Shown in pieces: positions 1-59,560 of a stretch of 64,000 bases of DNA. The position numbers and the translations under genes are program-made. The notes beneath the pieces are model-generated. The model worked only from the letters and a program-made list of their open reading frames with translations, had not been told where the DNA came from and made no database searches. The DNA is from Octopus vulgaris. Taxonomy: Eukaryota. Numbering within the stretch: position 1 is the first letter of the stretch; every line of letters starts with the position of its first letter. The stretch spans positions 81,034,001 to 81,098,000 of the forward strand of contig OX597821.1 in assembly GCA_951406725.2 (NCBI GenBank). Reading direction: 5' to 3'.

Positions 1-779
1 ATTTGATACAATCTTTGTAAGCCTATTATCAAAAGTAAAATACACAGGTAACGGATTAGCATTGCTGTGATGCAATGACAAACAAGTTAATCACAGTAAT
101 GACAATTCTAACAGTTAATCACAGTTGCCGGTCTGCCTGACACTGCACTGAGACAATAACATTTATTAATTAAACACGAAATCACAGGTATTAAAAGTGA
201 ATAGTGAAACCCTAATGATATCAGTTAATGAACCTTATCACTAAGTCTAGTAAAATAAACACACAATTATATCTTTCTTGGGTACAAGCATTTTTTTTTT
301 TTCTGAAGAAATGCAGTCAAGTTAATCGAATTAACATCACACCACTGCAGATCCTTATATATGTGTGTGTGTATGTGTGTTCACATGTGTGTACTTGTGT
401 TGGCATCATGTGATAGTTGTAAATGACTGTCACTGTCATACAAGCAGTGTCATTCCTTCCCAATATTCTTTGTAAACATGTCTGGCTGTGGGGAAACATT
501 ACCTTGTTTAGAAACTGGAGAGGGTTAACGACAGAAAGAGGCCTCCAGCAATAGAAAATCTGCCTCAATAAACTCTATCCAGCCCATGCAAATATAGAAA
601 ACTGGACAGTAAAACGATAAGGACTGTAATTTTGTTGACCTCATGAAGAGGCGCAGTAAAGTTGACCTCAGGAGATCTTAAACTCTAAAGATACAGTAAA
701 ATATTTAGGATGGTGCAACAGTTGTATTGTAAAAAAATTTTAAAAGCCATCCATTAACGAGCAACTCACTGCCACACTG

Positions 780-1130
780 TGCTCATCATCATAATCATCA
801 TCACCGTTAACATCTGCTTTCCATGCTGGCATGGGTTGGACAGTTTGACAGGAGCTGGCCAGGCAGACTACACTGAACTTCTGTCTCTGTTTTGGCATGG
901 CTTTTTACAGCTGGATGCTCCTCCTAACACAGAGTCCACTCTGCAGAGTGGACTCGGTGCTTTTTACGTGACACCAGCACAAATGAGGTTAGGTTTGGCA
1001 TGATTTTTACAGCTGGATGCCCTTCCAAATGCCAACCACTTTGCAGTGTGGTTTGGATGCTTTTTAAATGGCACCAGCACTGGCAGGGTCACCAAGTACC
1101 TTGCAAGACAAAGATCCAGAGGAGGAGGGG
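780..1130 (-). mobile_element. Old RTE-type LINE 3' UTR fragment with (ATG)n tail and internal duplication
   Basis: catcatcat tail followed by tttccatgctggcatgggttggacag and two ctggatgcccttcc-like blocks, the same 3' terminus as the RTE at 43212-45429. Related fragments at about 14340-14680, 15880-16215, 17060-17390, 21701-21985, 27740-28225, 31905-32055. Confidence 0.7.
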
Positions 1131-1786
1131 GCACTGGAGAAGGTAATATTGTGCCAAATGATGAACGGTTAGAGTGTGTCAGAGACAGAAACAGGTGTCT
1201 TACCGTAGGGGAGGTACGCACTATTGCATATAATTCCCCAAGAAGGAAAGTGTAGTTCACATCGACCCCAGTACTCATCTGGTACTTGATTTATCAACCC
1301 CGAATGGATGAAAGGCAAAGTTGACCTTGGCAGAATTTGAACTCAGAATGTAATGATGAACGAAATGCTGCCAAGCATTTTGCCCAGCATGCTAACAGTT
1401 CTACCAGCTTGCTGTCTTAAATGATAATAATAACGGTGGTGGCGGCGATGATGATGATGGTGGTAACGATGACAACAGAAATTTAAGAGAAAGAGTAGTT
1501 GACTACTACCAGTACTTGAATGGCACTTTATTTTATTAAACCAGGGAGGATGAAAGGCAAAGTTGACCCCAGCACTCCTATTGCCACAAGCTCACAGATT
1601 TGTATGGGAAAGTGAGAGTAATGGTAGCTGAATGAACCTCCAACACATGCCTGGTATTTATTTTTATCAACCATAGAAGAGTCAAAATTAACTGTGGTGA
1701 GATTTTGATACAGGAAAAAAAACCAAAAACCTGAATAAATACTTCAAGACATTACCGATTCCATACTATTTTACCACTCTACCAGT

Positions 1787-1995
1787 AGATCATAAGATTG
1801 TGGTTTCGATTCCTGGACTGGGCGACACGTTGTGTTCTTGAGCAAAACACTTTGCTCCAGTCCACTCAGCTGGCAAAAATGAGTAACGCTGCGATGGACT
1901 GGCGTCCCGTCCAGCTGGGGAACACATACACCATAGAAACCGGGAAACTGGGCCCATGAGCCTGGCTAGGCTTTAAAAGGGTGCATTTATTTATT
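1787..1995 (+). mobile_element. 5'-truncated SINE with 11-bp target site duplication
   Basis: Flanked by perfect actctaccagt direct repeats (1776-1786, 1996-2006); B-box-like gtttcgattcc, body ctgcgatggactggcgtcccgtccag, (TTTA)n tail; fuller copy at about 18400-18625. Confidence 0.8.
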
Positions 1996-2090
1996 ACTCT
2001 ACCAGTTGTTGTGATAATGATGAAAATGATAAAAGTGATGAAAAAAATTTTCTTTATGATGATATGATAGTGATAAACAGTTAAAGATTA

Positions 2091-48047
<45,957 letters not shown>

Positions 48048-48985
48048 TTATAAGTGCTTTTCGAGAATCATAGCAAAATCTTGAAGGCTTAAAGGTTTTC
48101 ATCATACATCTACTTACAAAGACATACAATAACAATAAAATGAATTGATAAAATGAATTGAATTGTGTTCTTGCAACCAGAAAATATGGCATTACTGTCA
48201 TAAGTCTTGGAACTCATAGAACTAGATACCCAGTTTCCATTGCATGTAAGTGACCAAGATCACAACATGCCCACTGAACTGGATTCCACTCCATAGCAAG
48301 GTTACTCACTCACAGATGAGCAATGTGAAATTAAATGCTTTAAGAACACAATGCACCATCTGATCTAGGAACTGAAATCACAATCTTGTGATAAGTGCAA
48401 CACATCTTCCCTCAGGAAATGTAGGTGGATGTAAAATTGTCTCTGGAACTGCTTTCATATTTGCTTCTTCTACCGACTTATATTCGAGCCCACCCTACTC
48501 CATGACCAATGCTGACATTAGTTATCAATATACATTCATGCTCTAGTAGGTAACTTCTGACATGAAAACAATCCACTACCTTCATATGCTTGTCCCATAT
48601 AAGGTCTACTACAACTACTTCAATCACTATATACAGTATTGGATGGTATATAAAATGCACAAAAAAAAACAACAACACAGGCCCTATATGTGAAGTTGGG
48701 CTTTTCATAAGCTTTTAAGCACTAAAAACTTTCTTTCCTAAATATGCAATCCTAAAACTAGAATTCCTCTAATATGACTGCATCTTCTATGTTATCAAAT
48801 ATGGTGCTCTTTTACTCTTTTACTTGTTTCAGTCATTTGACTGTGGCCATGCTGGAGCACCACCTTTAGTCGAGCAAACCGACCCCTGGACTTATTATTT
48901 GTAAGCCTAGTACTTATTCTATCGATCTCTTTTGCCGAACCGCTAAGTTACAGGAACATAACACACCAGCATTGGTTGTCAAGCG

Positions 48986-49021
48986 ATGTTGGGGGGGGGG
49001 GGCAAACACAGACACACAAAT

Positions 49022-49067
<46 letters not shown>

Positions 49068-49232
49068 TACGGGCTTCTTTCAGTTTCCGTCTACCAAATT
49101 CTCATCCTTTATTCTGAACTACTTCAATCTAGCTAAGGCTCTGTTTCTATTACCTTAACATTACTATGAAGCTCTCAACACTGAACTCCCATCAAACCGA
49201 TGTTGGGGGGGGGCAAACACAGACACACAAAT

Positions 49233-49284
<52 letters not shown>

Positions 49285-49427
49285 TACGGGCTTCTTTCAG
49301 TTTCCGTCTACCAAATTCTCATCCTTTATTCTGAACTCATGGCAACACTACTTCAATCTAGCTAAGGCTCTGTTTCTATTACCTTAACATTACTATGAAG
49401 CTCTCAACACTGAACTCCCATCAAACC
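48986..49427. repeat. Recent tandem duplication (about 213 and 229 bp units) spanning a SINE end and unique flank
   Basis: gatgttggggg..(TA)n..ctacgggcttctttcagtttccgtctaccaaattctcatcc..actccc(c)atcaaacc occurs twice head to tail; copy 2 has an extra 12 nt. Confidence 0.92.
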
Positions 49428-51192
49428 ACTGTCATCCAACAATCTTTATTCAGCTCCAATTGTTTTTTCATCACTTGGTTTAATTTCCTGTAAATCTATA
49501 AACATTGATCTTATTTGTATAAATAGTTGGATAAAGTTGGATGCCTTCTAAAAATTAATAAGTGCATGAGGCATAAAGTGACGCCTATATTGTATGATCC
49601 AAACTAAACAAGAGTACCATTCACAGATGAGACAGAACATCTGCTACCCCCCACTAACACCCTATGTCACACTCCACCCAAAGCTATCTGACTGGCAAAC
49701 CTTTACCCACCCAATGGGGGAGCATCCACAGTCACCTGACCTACTTGAAATAGCTAAATTTCCTCCAAATTGAACCTTATCATCGTGAAAGGGATGGGAT
49801 ACATTGAATAATATAGACCTAGACACACTAAATCTGAAAATAAGAAAGAGTGGTTACAGCTAGAATGCTTTTAATCATACATCTGCTTGCTCAGAGCTGA
49901 CCTGAGTTAAACAACAAACTCATCTAAATGTGTCCTTTTTGTACCACTTTTAGCATTATTACAATGGTTTCTGACCCACTGAACAAGCCAAGATGTGCAC
50001 CTATTTTCCTGGTTCAACCTGTCTGTTGTACCCAGCTCCTTGCTATTCTTTCCCACAACTGGACTCTTTCGAATGTTTTTCCTACTCAAATTTCCTTCCC
50101 CAACATCAACCCACAAATGTATAAACTAAAAACCAACTTTAATAATCTTACTTATCAGAGAAGGCCTCCAAAGGCTTATGCGTACCAGCCCACTTCTTTA
50201 GACTACTTTTATTTATTTATTATTTTTTTTTTTTTTATACATCAATCTTGAAGTAATGGTAACATTTTGATATTAGAAAGAAATTAGTTACATTTTGAGG
50301 CAGGACTGTTGCAGGATAAATGTAAACTTCAACAAGCTACGTATGTAAACTGTTCTCATTTCCTGGATAGTCATGTCATTTCATTTACATAGCTAATGTC
50401 CTTGACAAAATACACTAACATCATATTTCTTCTCTCTTGTGATGGATGGGGCTTAGATATATTTTATAAATACATGGAAAAAAAATTAGTTCAGGCTGCA
50501 AAACATACACAAAACATACATTGTGACCTGAAGACTCAAATATTATTGGCAAACATTCCTATCTTCTAACATGCTATATTGAGAGCTGGTGACATTCTAT
50601 TTTAGGAACCAAACACAATCAGCAAATCTATCAGAGAGAAAATAAGAGAATAAGTTGGAGAGGTAGAGTTCTGCACACCCAATACAGAGTCTCTACACCA
50701 TCATATTAAAATGTGACTATAAATAGAGTAAAACTATAATTATATATATGCATTTGATGTGTGACTGAAAATATGTAGTATTTGTGCATAGGTTTAATAT
50801 CTTTGTACGTGTTTGTTTGGTTCGTGCAATACTGCTGTTTGTGCATAACACATGTGGGACGTTTGCTTGTTACAAGTATTTGCGTAGGACATTTGCCTAT
50901 GGAGCTGAAGGTCTACTTGCTTATAAACTATGCACGCATCTCTGTGTAGACTGTCTGTATGTGCGTGAATGTAGACTGTAGACTATTTCTCTATTTCAGA
51001 AGTGTGTGTGTGTGTGTAGTGTGTGTGTGTAGTGTGTGTGTGAGTGAGGCATGGGCACAATGTACATATAGATAGAAAGTGTGTGTGTGTATGTGTACAT
51101 GCATGTGTGTGCATGTAGAGTGTGTATTTATGTGAACATAGACAGACTGACTGACAAATAGAGATATGTAGAGCATGGGTACACGTGGAATG

Positions 51193-51232
<40 letters not shown>

Positions 51233-52619
51233 ATCAACAACAATAAAACATCTCATTAGATGCATCTTCGGTTCTTTGCAGAAACATGAAGTCAGTCTAA
51301 ACAATGACTCAGTTCTCCAAGACAAGCCAGCCTGTTCACATCTTTATCTGCCAAAACCCAACATAAAGCTGCTGCTGCTGCTGCTGCTGCTACCACCACC
51401 ACCACAACCACTACCACTACCATCATCTGGCTGTCAAATACCCAACCTATTTTCAAACCACACTGCTTCTTTTCATTCATTCTCTTATCATATACATATT
51501 AAGCCTTCACTTTTATTCCTCAAAGTGTCATTTCTCTTTCACATCCCTGAAAAAAATAAATCCTTTCACCACACTCCCCCCCACCACCACCACCACAACC
51601 ACCATCAAGTATTAAGGATTTCTAACATTGGCACAAGACCAACCACACTCCTTCCTGCACCACCACCACCAAGTAGTAATAAATGATAACACACTTCAAC
51701 ATTTAGTGAGCTGCCCTTTCCTGTCTTTGTCCATCTATTGAAATATTAATTGATGATTATGTGTCCATGGAGATGGGAAACGCTATTAATCCCTTTAAGT
51801 TTTAAATATTTTTCATCACCACCACCACCACCACCGCCATCACTCTTTTCTTTTCAACCCAAACCACCACCACCACCACCACCACCAAACATAATTTGAC
51901 GCATTGATACTCACTTGTACATCAATCACATCAAAAATGAAACACAAATACATTAGAAACTGTGAACCTTAATATTTAACATTTGATGCACCCACCTCCG
52001 ATCCCATCTACAACTAAAAACTGCTCCAACAACACTCAGTGACTGGCAGCCACACCGAAACTGACCTTTGGGAGTATTATTAAAATAAAGGTCAAGACAT
52101 TTCTACTGATCTCTGGAAGCCTGTTAATAATGGTATTGATGTTATTTCACACACATCTTAAACTGCTGGCATCATTTCCTCACCAGTCACAGATCCCTTG
52201 ATGATGATGATGATGATGATGAAAGCATTACCATTATTATCAATACCCTAAGTTTCTTTGGGTTTTGCCTTTTTTTTTCTTTTTTTCCAAATAAAATAAC
52301 TGGTTTAGTCTTCTTGCACAACAACTCTTCAATTATCTATTTCATGCAGAAGTCCACAACATTCTGGTATTTCAAAATATTTCATGGTCTACTTAATCTG
52401 TGTCATACATCTCATTCATACACAAACCAATATTTGTTACATTGTTATTTATTCAATTCATATGCTTCCAGCCTATCTTGCAAGGTACGAGTTATACATG
52501 TGCATGTGTGCGCATACACACACACACACAATCACATTTAGAAGACCCACTACAACTGATCCACACCTGATATCTTCATTTACAATACAGTGATATATGC
52601 AACATAATGCAAGACACAT

Positions 52620-53050
52620 GCACAGGCATGGCTGTGTGGTTAAGAGGTTTGCTTCCCAACCATATAGTCTTGGGTTCAGTCCTACTGCATGATACCACGG
52701 GAAAGTGTTTTCTACTTTAGCCCCAGACCAAACAAAGTCCTGTGGGTGAATTTGATAGATGGAAACTGAAAGAAGCATATGTGTGTGTGTGTGTGCATGC
52801 ACATGTGCACGTGTACCCACGTCTAGACATCATGTGATGGTTGTAAATGAGCATCACTGTCATACAAGGGGTATTTGTTTCTAACCTTCCAAAAAAGACA
52901 TGCCTGGCTACAGGGAAATATCAATTGTATGGAAACAGCCAAGGGTTGGTGAGAGGAAGAGCATCCGGCTGTAGAAGATCTGCCCAACAAATTGTCTGAT
53001 GCATGCCAGCAAGGAAAAGTGGATGTTAAAATATGATGAGGATGATGACA
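52620..53050 (+). mobile_element. tRNA-derived SINE, family D
   Basis: A box tggctgtgtgg, B box gggttcagtcc, (GT)n, tail ..gcatgccagcaaggaaaagtggatgttaaaatatgatgag. Confidence 0.8.
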
Positions 53051-53060
53051 GTCAAGAGTG

Positions 53061-53101
<41 letters not shown>

Positions 53102-53782
53102 CCTCCGTTTAAGATCTAAATCTGAATTCTCTTGAGAGAATAAAGCTGACAATATTGAAATGTTCCAATAGTTTATTGCAGTAAGATTAACTAAGTCTAA
53201 AAGATGACATAAAGAGAACATTAATTAAACATAAAATTAAAAGCTCTTTTCAGTCGAGGACAAGCAGAAATACTACAATTTTATTTTCACACTAAAATCA
53301 TATTTTTATATACTTTCTATCTCTTGGCAGCCTTCTTTACATTTCAACCCATTGAACAGGTCTTGCAGTTTATATACGCAAAGCAAAAAGGTTATACAAA
53401 TGCTTAACTTATTTATAGAAGTGTTTACAGTTAGAATAGTTATATATAGTAGTTATTACGTTGCGCTGCCAGCTAGCCGCGCAGGGTAGAAAAGATAAAA
53501 TTTTAAAAAACAGATTACATTAGTCAAAGAAGAGAAGTGAAAAAGGCCCTTTCCTAAAGAAGACCCCTTTTAGGAACAGTGCAATTTACTTTTTTAAATA
53601 ACTTTACTGAACTAATTTTTGTTGATACAGGCCAGTCTTGTAAAGCAGTCGTTTAGTTCTTCTAAAAGGTTAACTTACTAAGAGCATTTAGAATAAGTAA
53701 TGTCTTATAACTAGTCTGTAAATAGCGAACAAAAGAACATACAATGATATTATTGTTGTTGTTGTTGTTGTTGTTGTTGTTA

Positions 53783-54012
53783 AGGCAGTGAGCTAGCAGA
53801 ATCATTAGCATGCCGGGCGAAATGCTTAGCAGTATTTCATCTGCCACTATGTTCTGAGTTCAAATTCCATTGAGGTCAACTTTGCCTTTCATCCTTTCAG
53901 GGTCAATAAATTAAGGACCACTGAAATATTGGGGTCGATGTAATCGACTAACAAACCCACCCACCCCTCACTCCGAATTTCAGGTCTAGTACCTATAATA
54001 GAAAGGATTATT

Positions 54013-54050
<38 letters not shown>

Positions 54051-54265
54051 GGCAGTGAGCTGGCAGAATTGTTAGCATGCTGTGCAAAATGCGTAAGATC
54101 ATATCATCTATGTTCTGAGTTCAAATTCCACTGAAATCAATATTGCCTTTTGTCCTTTCAGGGTCAATAAAATAAGTATCAGTCAAGCACTGGGGTCAAT
54201 GTAAACAACTTACCCCCTCCCCCGAACTTGCTGGCCTTGTGGCCAAATTTGAAAGCAATACTATT
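53783..54265 (+). mobile_element. Two tandem family B SINEs separated by (AAT)n
   Basis: Each begins ggcagtgagct(a/g)gcagaat..ttagcatgc, has gagttcaaattcc (B box) and core gcctttcatcctttcagggtcaataaa; further copies at about 1200-1420 (-), 32745-32945, 36720-36930 (-), 41065-41275, 47200-47400, 60245-60800. Confidence 0.85.
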
Positions 54266-54874
54266 ATTTCATATACACTCAACAGATTAGACTGTTGGAA
54301 AAGAAAAATTCCTAAGATCAGGCAACAACAAGTAACCTTAGATGCCAAGAACCTTCCTAAGTATCCTAGCGGTCCCTAATAACACTGTTTTCTGGAGCTA
54401 TACTAAACTGGGTTTTATGGCTATTTCTTCTATCCAATGTTCAGATCTTTCAGGATAGTTCTTAATGCACCTATAACTACAGGAATACATTTTACCTGCA
54501 CTTTCCATAGTTTCTGTAACTCAATGGCTAGGTCCTGATTATAATCATCATTACTACTACTACTACTATTACTACTATTGTGTATTGGCAGAATACAAAT
54601 ATAAGCTTTACATGATTTACTGCAGCTCTCTGCATCCTGATTTCAAATCTCAACCATGTCAGCTTTGCCTTTCATCTTTTCGGGATTGATAAAGTACCAG
54701 CCAAGTATTAGGTGGTACTTGTATTTTTTTCCTTAGAGTTGATAGAGTGACGAATTATTAAAGCATTGTGGTATTTGTTCTGGATCTTTACAATATGAGT
54801 TCAAATCCCACTAAGGTTTATCTTTCTGGACTCACGGCAATAAATAAAGAGGCAGTCAAGTACAGGAATTGATT

Positions 54875-55099
54875 TACTTTTGTGACACCAAGCCACCTGA
54901 AACCACCCCTGGTTCTATGATACAAATTTCCTGATTTGAAGTGATTGAGACAAAAACTTTCCCTCAAAATTTCATGTAAATTTGTATCCCAAAAACCAGC
55001 TGAATTACAAAAGTATGTCACTAAATTCTTCAATATTTTCAAAACATTTTTAAACAAAAGCAGAATGTTATGAAAGAAATATGTTAACAAAAGGGTTAA
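54875..55099. mobile_element. Decayed piggyBac-type MITE (second family)
   Basis: Ends in gttaacaaaaggg-ttaa; interior similar to the subterminal region of 8532-9615; left TIR degenerate. Confidence 0.55.
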
Positions 55100-56753
55100 A
55101 TCAACTTTCCCCTATCTCCAAATTTCCAACATTGCCTTTATGTTAGAAAAATTATTAGTAGCAAGCAGGTAGAACAATGAAAGTGTCCGACAGAAAGATC
55201 AAATTTGCCCTGCATCCATTTAGAGTCAATAAAATAAACTACAAGTAAAGTACAGGGGTCAACAACAACAACTAACCCTGTTCCTTTAAGACTGCTGGCC
55301 TTGTACCTCAATTAGAACCATTTTGGTTTATTCTTATTCTTCTTATTATTATTAATTAGCTATGTCCAGTTGTAATTCACCTTTAGCCAAAAGGTAATTT
55401 CAAGTTTGTTTATTTAATTAGAACTGTTAGGAAGATATCAACACGGTATTGAAGTATTGTTTGAATAATAGAAGCAAGCAACAAAAAAGAAAACAAATCT
55501 TTTTTTTTTAATTAAATGAGAGAAAATTACAAATTTTCTTCTCAGTCTAATTAAGAATGAAAAAACAAAGCAGTCAGAAATAAACATGATTTATCAGACG
55601 AGCTATTGTTTTGAGTAATCACATAGAAATTAATGGCTAGGTTCATTCCAGCTAAGCTCCAGGCTTGAAACCAAAATTGTGAGGCCACAAAATTAGATAT
55701 CACAAAAACCAGCTCTATGCAACCAACACAACCTTTTGATAAACAAATTGCTAGATTTTCTAATAACACTATTAATACTTTCTCCTACCCTTATTTTTAA
55801 CTTCTACACTAAAACACAATAGAGTGTAATTGAAGTCAAAAAAGGAGCCTCTACATAATCACTCAACCTGTTTTTGTCTTTTCCTCTCGGGCACCTTTGG
55901 GTGTCCATTTAAGATTTTGTTGCTATAATTCATCTGCAGTAAATTGGTTATACTTCTAAAATGCACAAAATATTTTAATTTTTTTATACAGTTCCTAATA
56001 TTTAATTATAAAATATATATATTTTTTTTTTAAATCAAATGGCTCTGACGTTCCATCTGAGTAAAATAGAAATCAAAGGGGATCCGTAGACAAAAAACGG
56101 CTGAGAATCATTAGTCTGCAAGAAGTGTTTATGCCCATGGCTGTTACAAACTCTGCAAGACTTGGGAGATCTACAGAATCAATGTTTCTCCTTAACAGCT
56201 ACACGTCAGACAGATTCTAAAAAAATGTGTAGAGAGTGAATTGCAGAAGGTCAATGTTCCAGAGAAGCCGTAGGTCATGTTGATTAGTGTAGGGGGCGAG
56301 GTTTGGGGACACAATATGGATGAGAAGAGGAAAGACAAAGGAGCTGAAAGTGTTTGAGTGGAGATGGGGGTGAGACTAACAAGTGTCAAGGAGCAGGCCA
56401 CCACTACAGTAGCAGGAAAAATGGCAGAGAGAAGATATGTGATTTTTGTGGATCAGAGGTCAGAATGTGTTGGTGAGTAACTTGATGCCAATCAGTAGGA
56501 TGGGCTTTCTTTGGATGTGTAAGTAGCATTAGCACCTTCCTAGATGTTGTATATTACTTTGCAGAAAGTTAGTAGTTGCTAGGGCTGAAATATTTTTGAG
56601 CTTTGAAGAGAAAGGCCAGTTTTTACTGAAGATGTGCATTTGGCAGGAAAAATCTCCAGTGATATGGACAAGGTTCTTGTTGCATGCTGTTTATATGTGT
56701 GCAGAGGTAGGGTTCTTAACAGAAATAGCAGCTAAGCGTCCAGTAGTCCAGGT

Positions 56754-57348
56754 TAGGGCCATCGCTAAGTCCCTACAACCCCTGCAGTCGCATGGGCCCT
56801 CCATGGTTGAGGGACCCCATGTTAAGATCAAAGTACATAGATGAGTCATCTATTTGCTTTGGTTAAGATGTTGAACAAGAACTAAACTATGTTAACCGAA
56901 AATTTCAAGAAATAAAATGGTAATACACTGTACCTGCAAAAGTTCTTGTAAAAATATTACATTGTACCACTTACGTGTACCAGAGTTTGTGGATTGTCTA
57001 TGATATCTATTGAACACAAACTTAGCTCCCAGCTTGATTATTCTGAACTGAACGATGATTCAGTGAAGTGAAAAGTGCGCCATGTTTGTCTTTGAAAGTT
57101 GCCTGGATTATAAAAGTTCTATTTTATTCATATCTGGAAGTTTTACTTATTGAAATTTATAATAGACCTAAGTAAATTTAACTTCTTGTACTTCGAAAGA
57201 TGTTCTTTAGGATAACATGAAATATTGAGCTTCAGATAGAATAAAGTAAAATAGAATAAAAGGTGTGTAGATTATGAATTTTGATTGAAAGGATAGCGCC
57301 TGAGAACAAAAGTTGCAGGGGGCCTATAAAAGTCATGCAACGGAGCTA
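56754..57348 (+). mobile_element. Internally deleted hAT element with transposase C-terminal remnant, nested in an old LINE-like tract (about 56160-57480)
   Basis: Perfect 8-bp TSD gtccaggt (56746-56753, 57349-57356); imperfect TIR tagggccatcgc / gcaacggagcta; about 56985-57080 translates CGLSMISIEHKLSSQLDYSELNDD..KVR, like the hAT dimerization-domain end. Confidence 0.82.
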
Positions 57349-57941
57349 GTCCAGGTACTGAAAATGTGACTGACACAATAAGATTTACAGCTGAGTGAGA
57401 CCAAAGGATATCAAATTACTACATGAAAATTGATGCACTCTTTATTCCAGTAGTCCTTATCTACTATAATCCTGGTAAAAATAATAATCATCTAGAAATT
57501 CAGACACATATGTACTAGAAATAGCAGCCTAATCTTATTGAAATAACATATCTTAAATACAAATATGACATATTGAACAATGTGGTCCAAGATGCACATC
57601 TAAAGGTGGGATGGCCATGACTGGAATGCCTTTGATCAATAGTTTGCTCAATCGGAACTGAACTGGAGCACAGCAACAACAGCAGTGTGACAACAACTTC
57701 AGTAAAGGAGTCGGTTGCAGACAAAGACAAGCATATCTGGCTTCTCATTCTTCAGCATCATATCATCATTTCAACAACCACATTTCCATGCTTATATGGA
57801 CAGGAGAGGCAGACCTTTTTATGGCTGGATGCCCTTCCTGTCACTAACTCTCACCTGACTCCAAGTAAGGTTGGCAATGAGCACTGCTAACACTCATGTA
57901 TACACAAACACACACATAAACACACATGCAAGTGCACGCAT

Positions 57942-57997
<56 letters not shown>

Positions 57998-59159
57998 TAG
58001 GTTTCTTTTAGTTACCAATACCAAATCAACTCACAACTGGCTTTGTCCAGTCTAGAGCTATAGTGGATGATGCTTGCCCAAGGTGCCATGCAATGGTACC
58101 TGAACCTGAAACTATGCAAGTTTCCTGAACCTGAAACCATGCAAATTTCCTACCTTACATCCATGCCTACACCTTGTTAATGTTAATGAATTGAAACCAT
58201 AGCCCCATTTCCACAGCTATTTACATTTCCACTGATACTTGTTTAAGCCAATAAAACACAATAGAATAATGTCATGCTTCTAGTTTCATTGTAGATGCAG
58301 ATTTGACAGCATAAACAATTGTATAACACCAGTTTTGGATACAAGTTGGATAGATTTGTGATACAAGTGTAATCCAGGTTTCAATCACCTGACAAATCAT
58401 TTGCAGGTGTAATTCAACCACATCCCAAGGTTCCTTTGATCCACCTCTATATAACTGCCACCTTCAACACACCCACCATTTATCCAACTCACTTCATGAT
58501 ACTGCTAGTAAGTGGGTAACTTAACTAAGAGCAGAAGCACTTGTCATTTGCAGTTGAACAGCAAATGCCTTAAGGAATACTTTTTCATGATACAGAATCC
58601 GCAATGGTATTGTAAACATGTGATTTGAGAAATTAACACCATAGCAGTTGGGCATATTTTTTGTTTAGCACTAAGGCAGTTCTGATCAAGTAAGCTTTCC
58701 AGCCACAAGGAAAAGCCAATGAGATTATTGAGTTTATAATTAAACAACGGCACATGGCTGTTATGTACTGATTCACAATGCCATACACGAAGCCATCTTA
58801 TGATAATCTAGTAACTGAAAATACTCCTAGCATTAGATGAGTTACAGCTGAGATATCAAACTAACACATGAAAGGTGTTGTGTATTTTATCTCACCATCC
58901 CTTATCTTATACATCCATGATAAAATAGATATAGTAAACATCATCATCATCTACAAACAAACCAATAACTGCTCTTCACTGCTTGTTGTGAACAGTAAGA
59001 GTTGTCTTCCCATGGGTATCAATAAAGGACTTAAAAGGGAACAGGCTTTGCAAGACCGCCTTACTTGATATACACTACATGGAGACAATGTTTGGAAGTG
59101 ATCTTTCAATAACTAAATAAGTTCAGGGACTCACCATGATATTAGTATTACAGCAGTAA

Positions 59160-59560
59160 TATCTGCTGCTGCTGTTGCTACTACTACTACTACTACTACT
59201 ACTACGACAACAACAAAGCAGTGAACCTCTAAACATATTTTATATATTTCATAATGTTTCAAAAACACTGTTACTAATGTTAATACAACTAAATCTACAA
59301 CAGAGATTGCTGCCTTTAACACCGTTTATAACACTACTGATAATATTAGTCACTACAACAATTACTGCTGCTGTTACTACTACTACTGCTGTTGCTGACA
59401 GAAACTTGCTTTTGAATCAAATATTCTTTCAATACATTGTATATACTGTTGATGCTGTTGGTGGTGATACTGCTGCTGTTACTGCTGCGCCTAACGCTGC
59501 TGCTGCTACTGCTACTACTAATAATAATAATAATAACAACAATAATATAATACAATTACA
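59160..59560. repeat. Compound trinucleotide microsatellite region (CTG/CTA/CAA/AAT)
   Basis: Runs of ctg, cta, caa and aat; similar CAC/CTG region at 51365-51890. Confidence 0.85.

Noticed and set aside
51915-51953. Candidate ROCK first exon MYLCFIFDVIDVQ with strong donor CAA|gtgagt, phase 0
   Set aside because: No similarity to the expected ROCK N-terminus (..DPKSEIN.D.LL); likely chance. The true first exon is probably beyond 64000.
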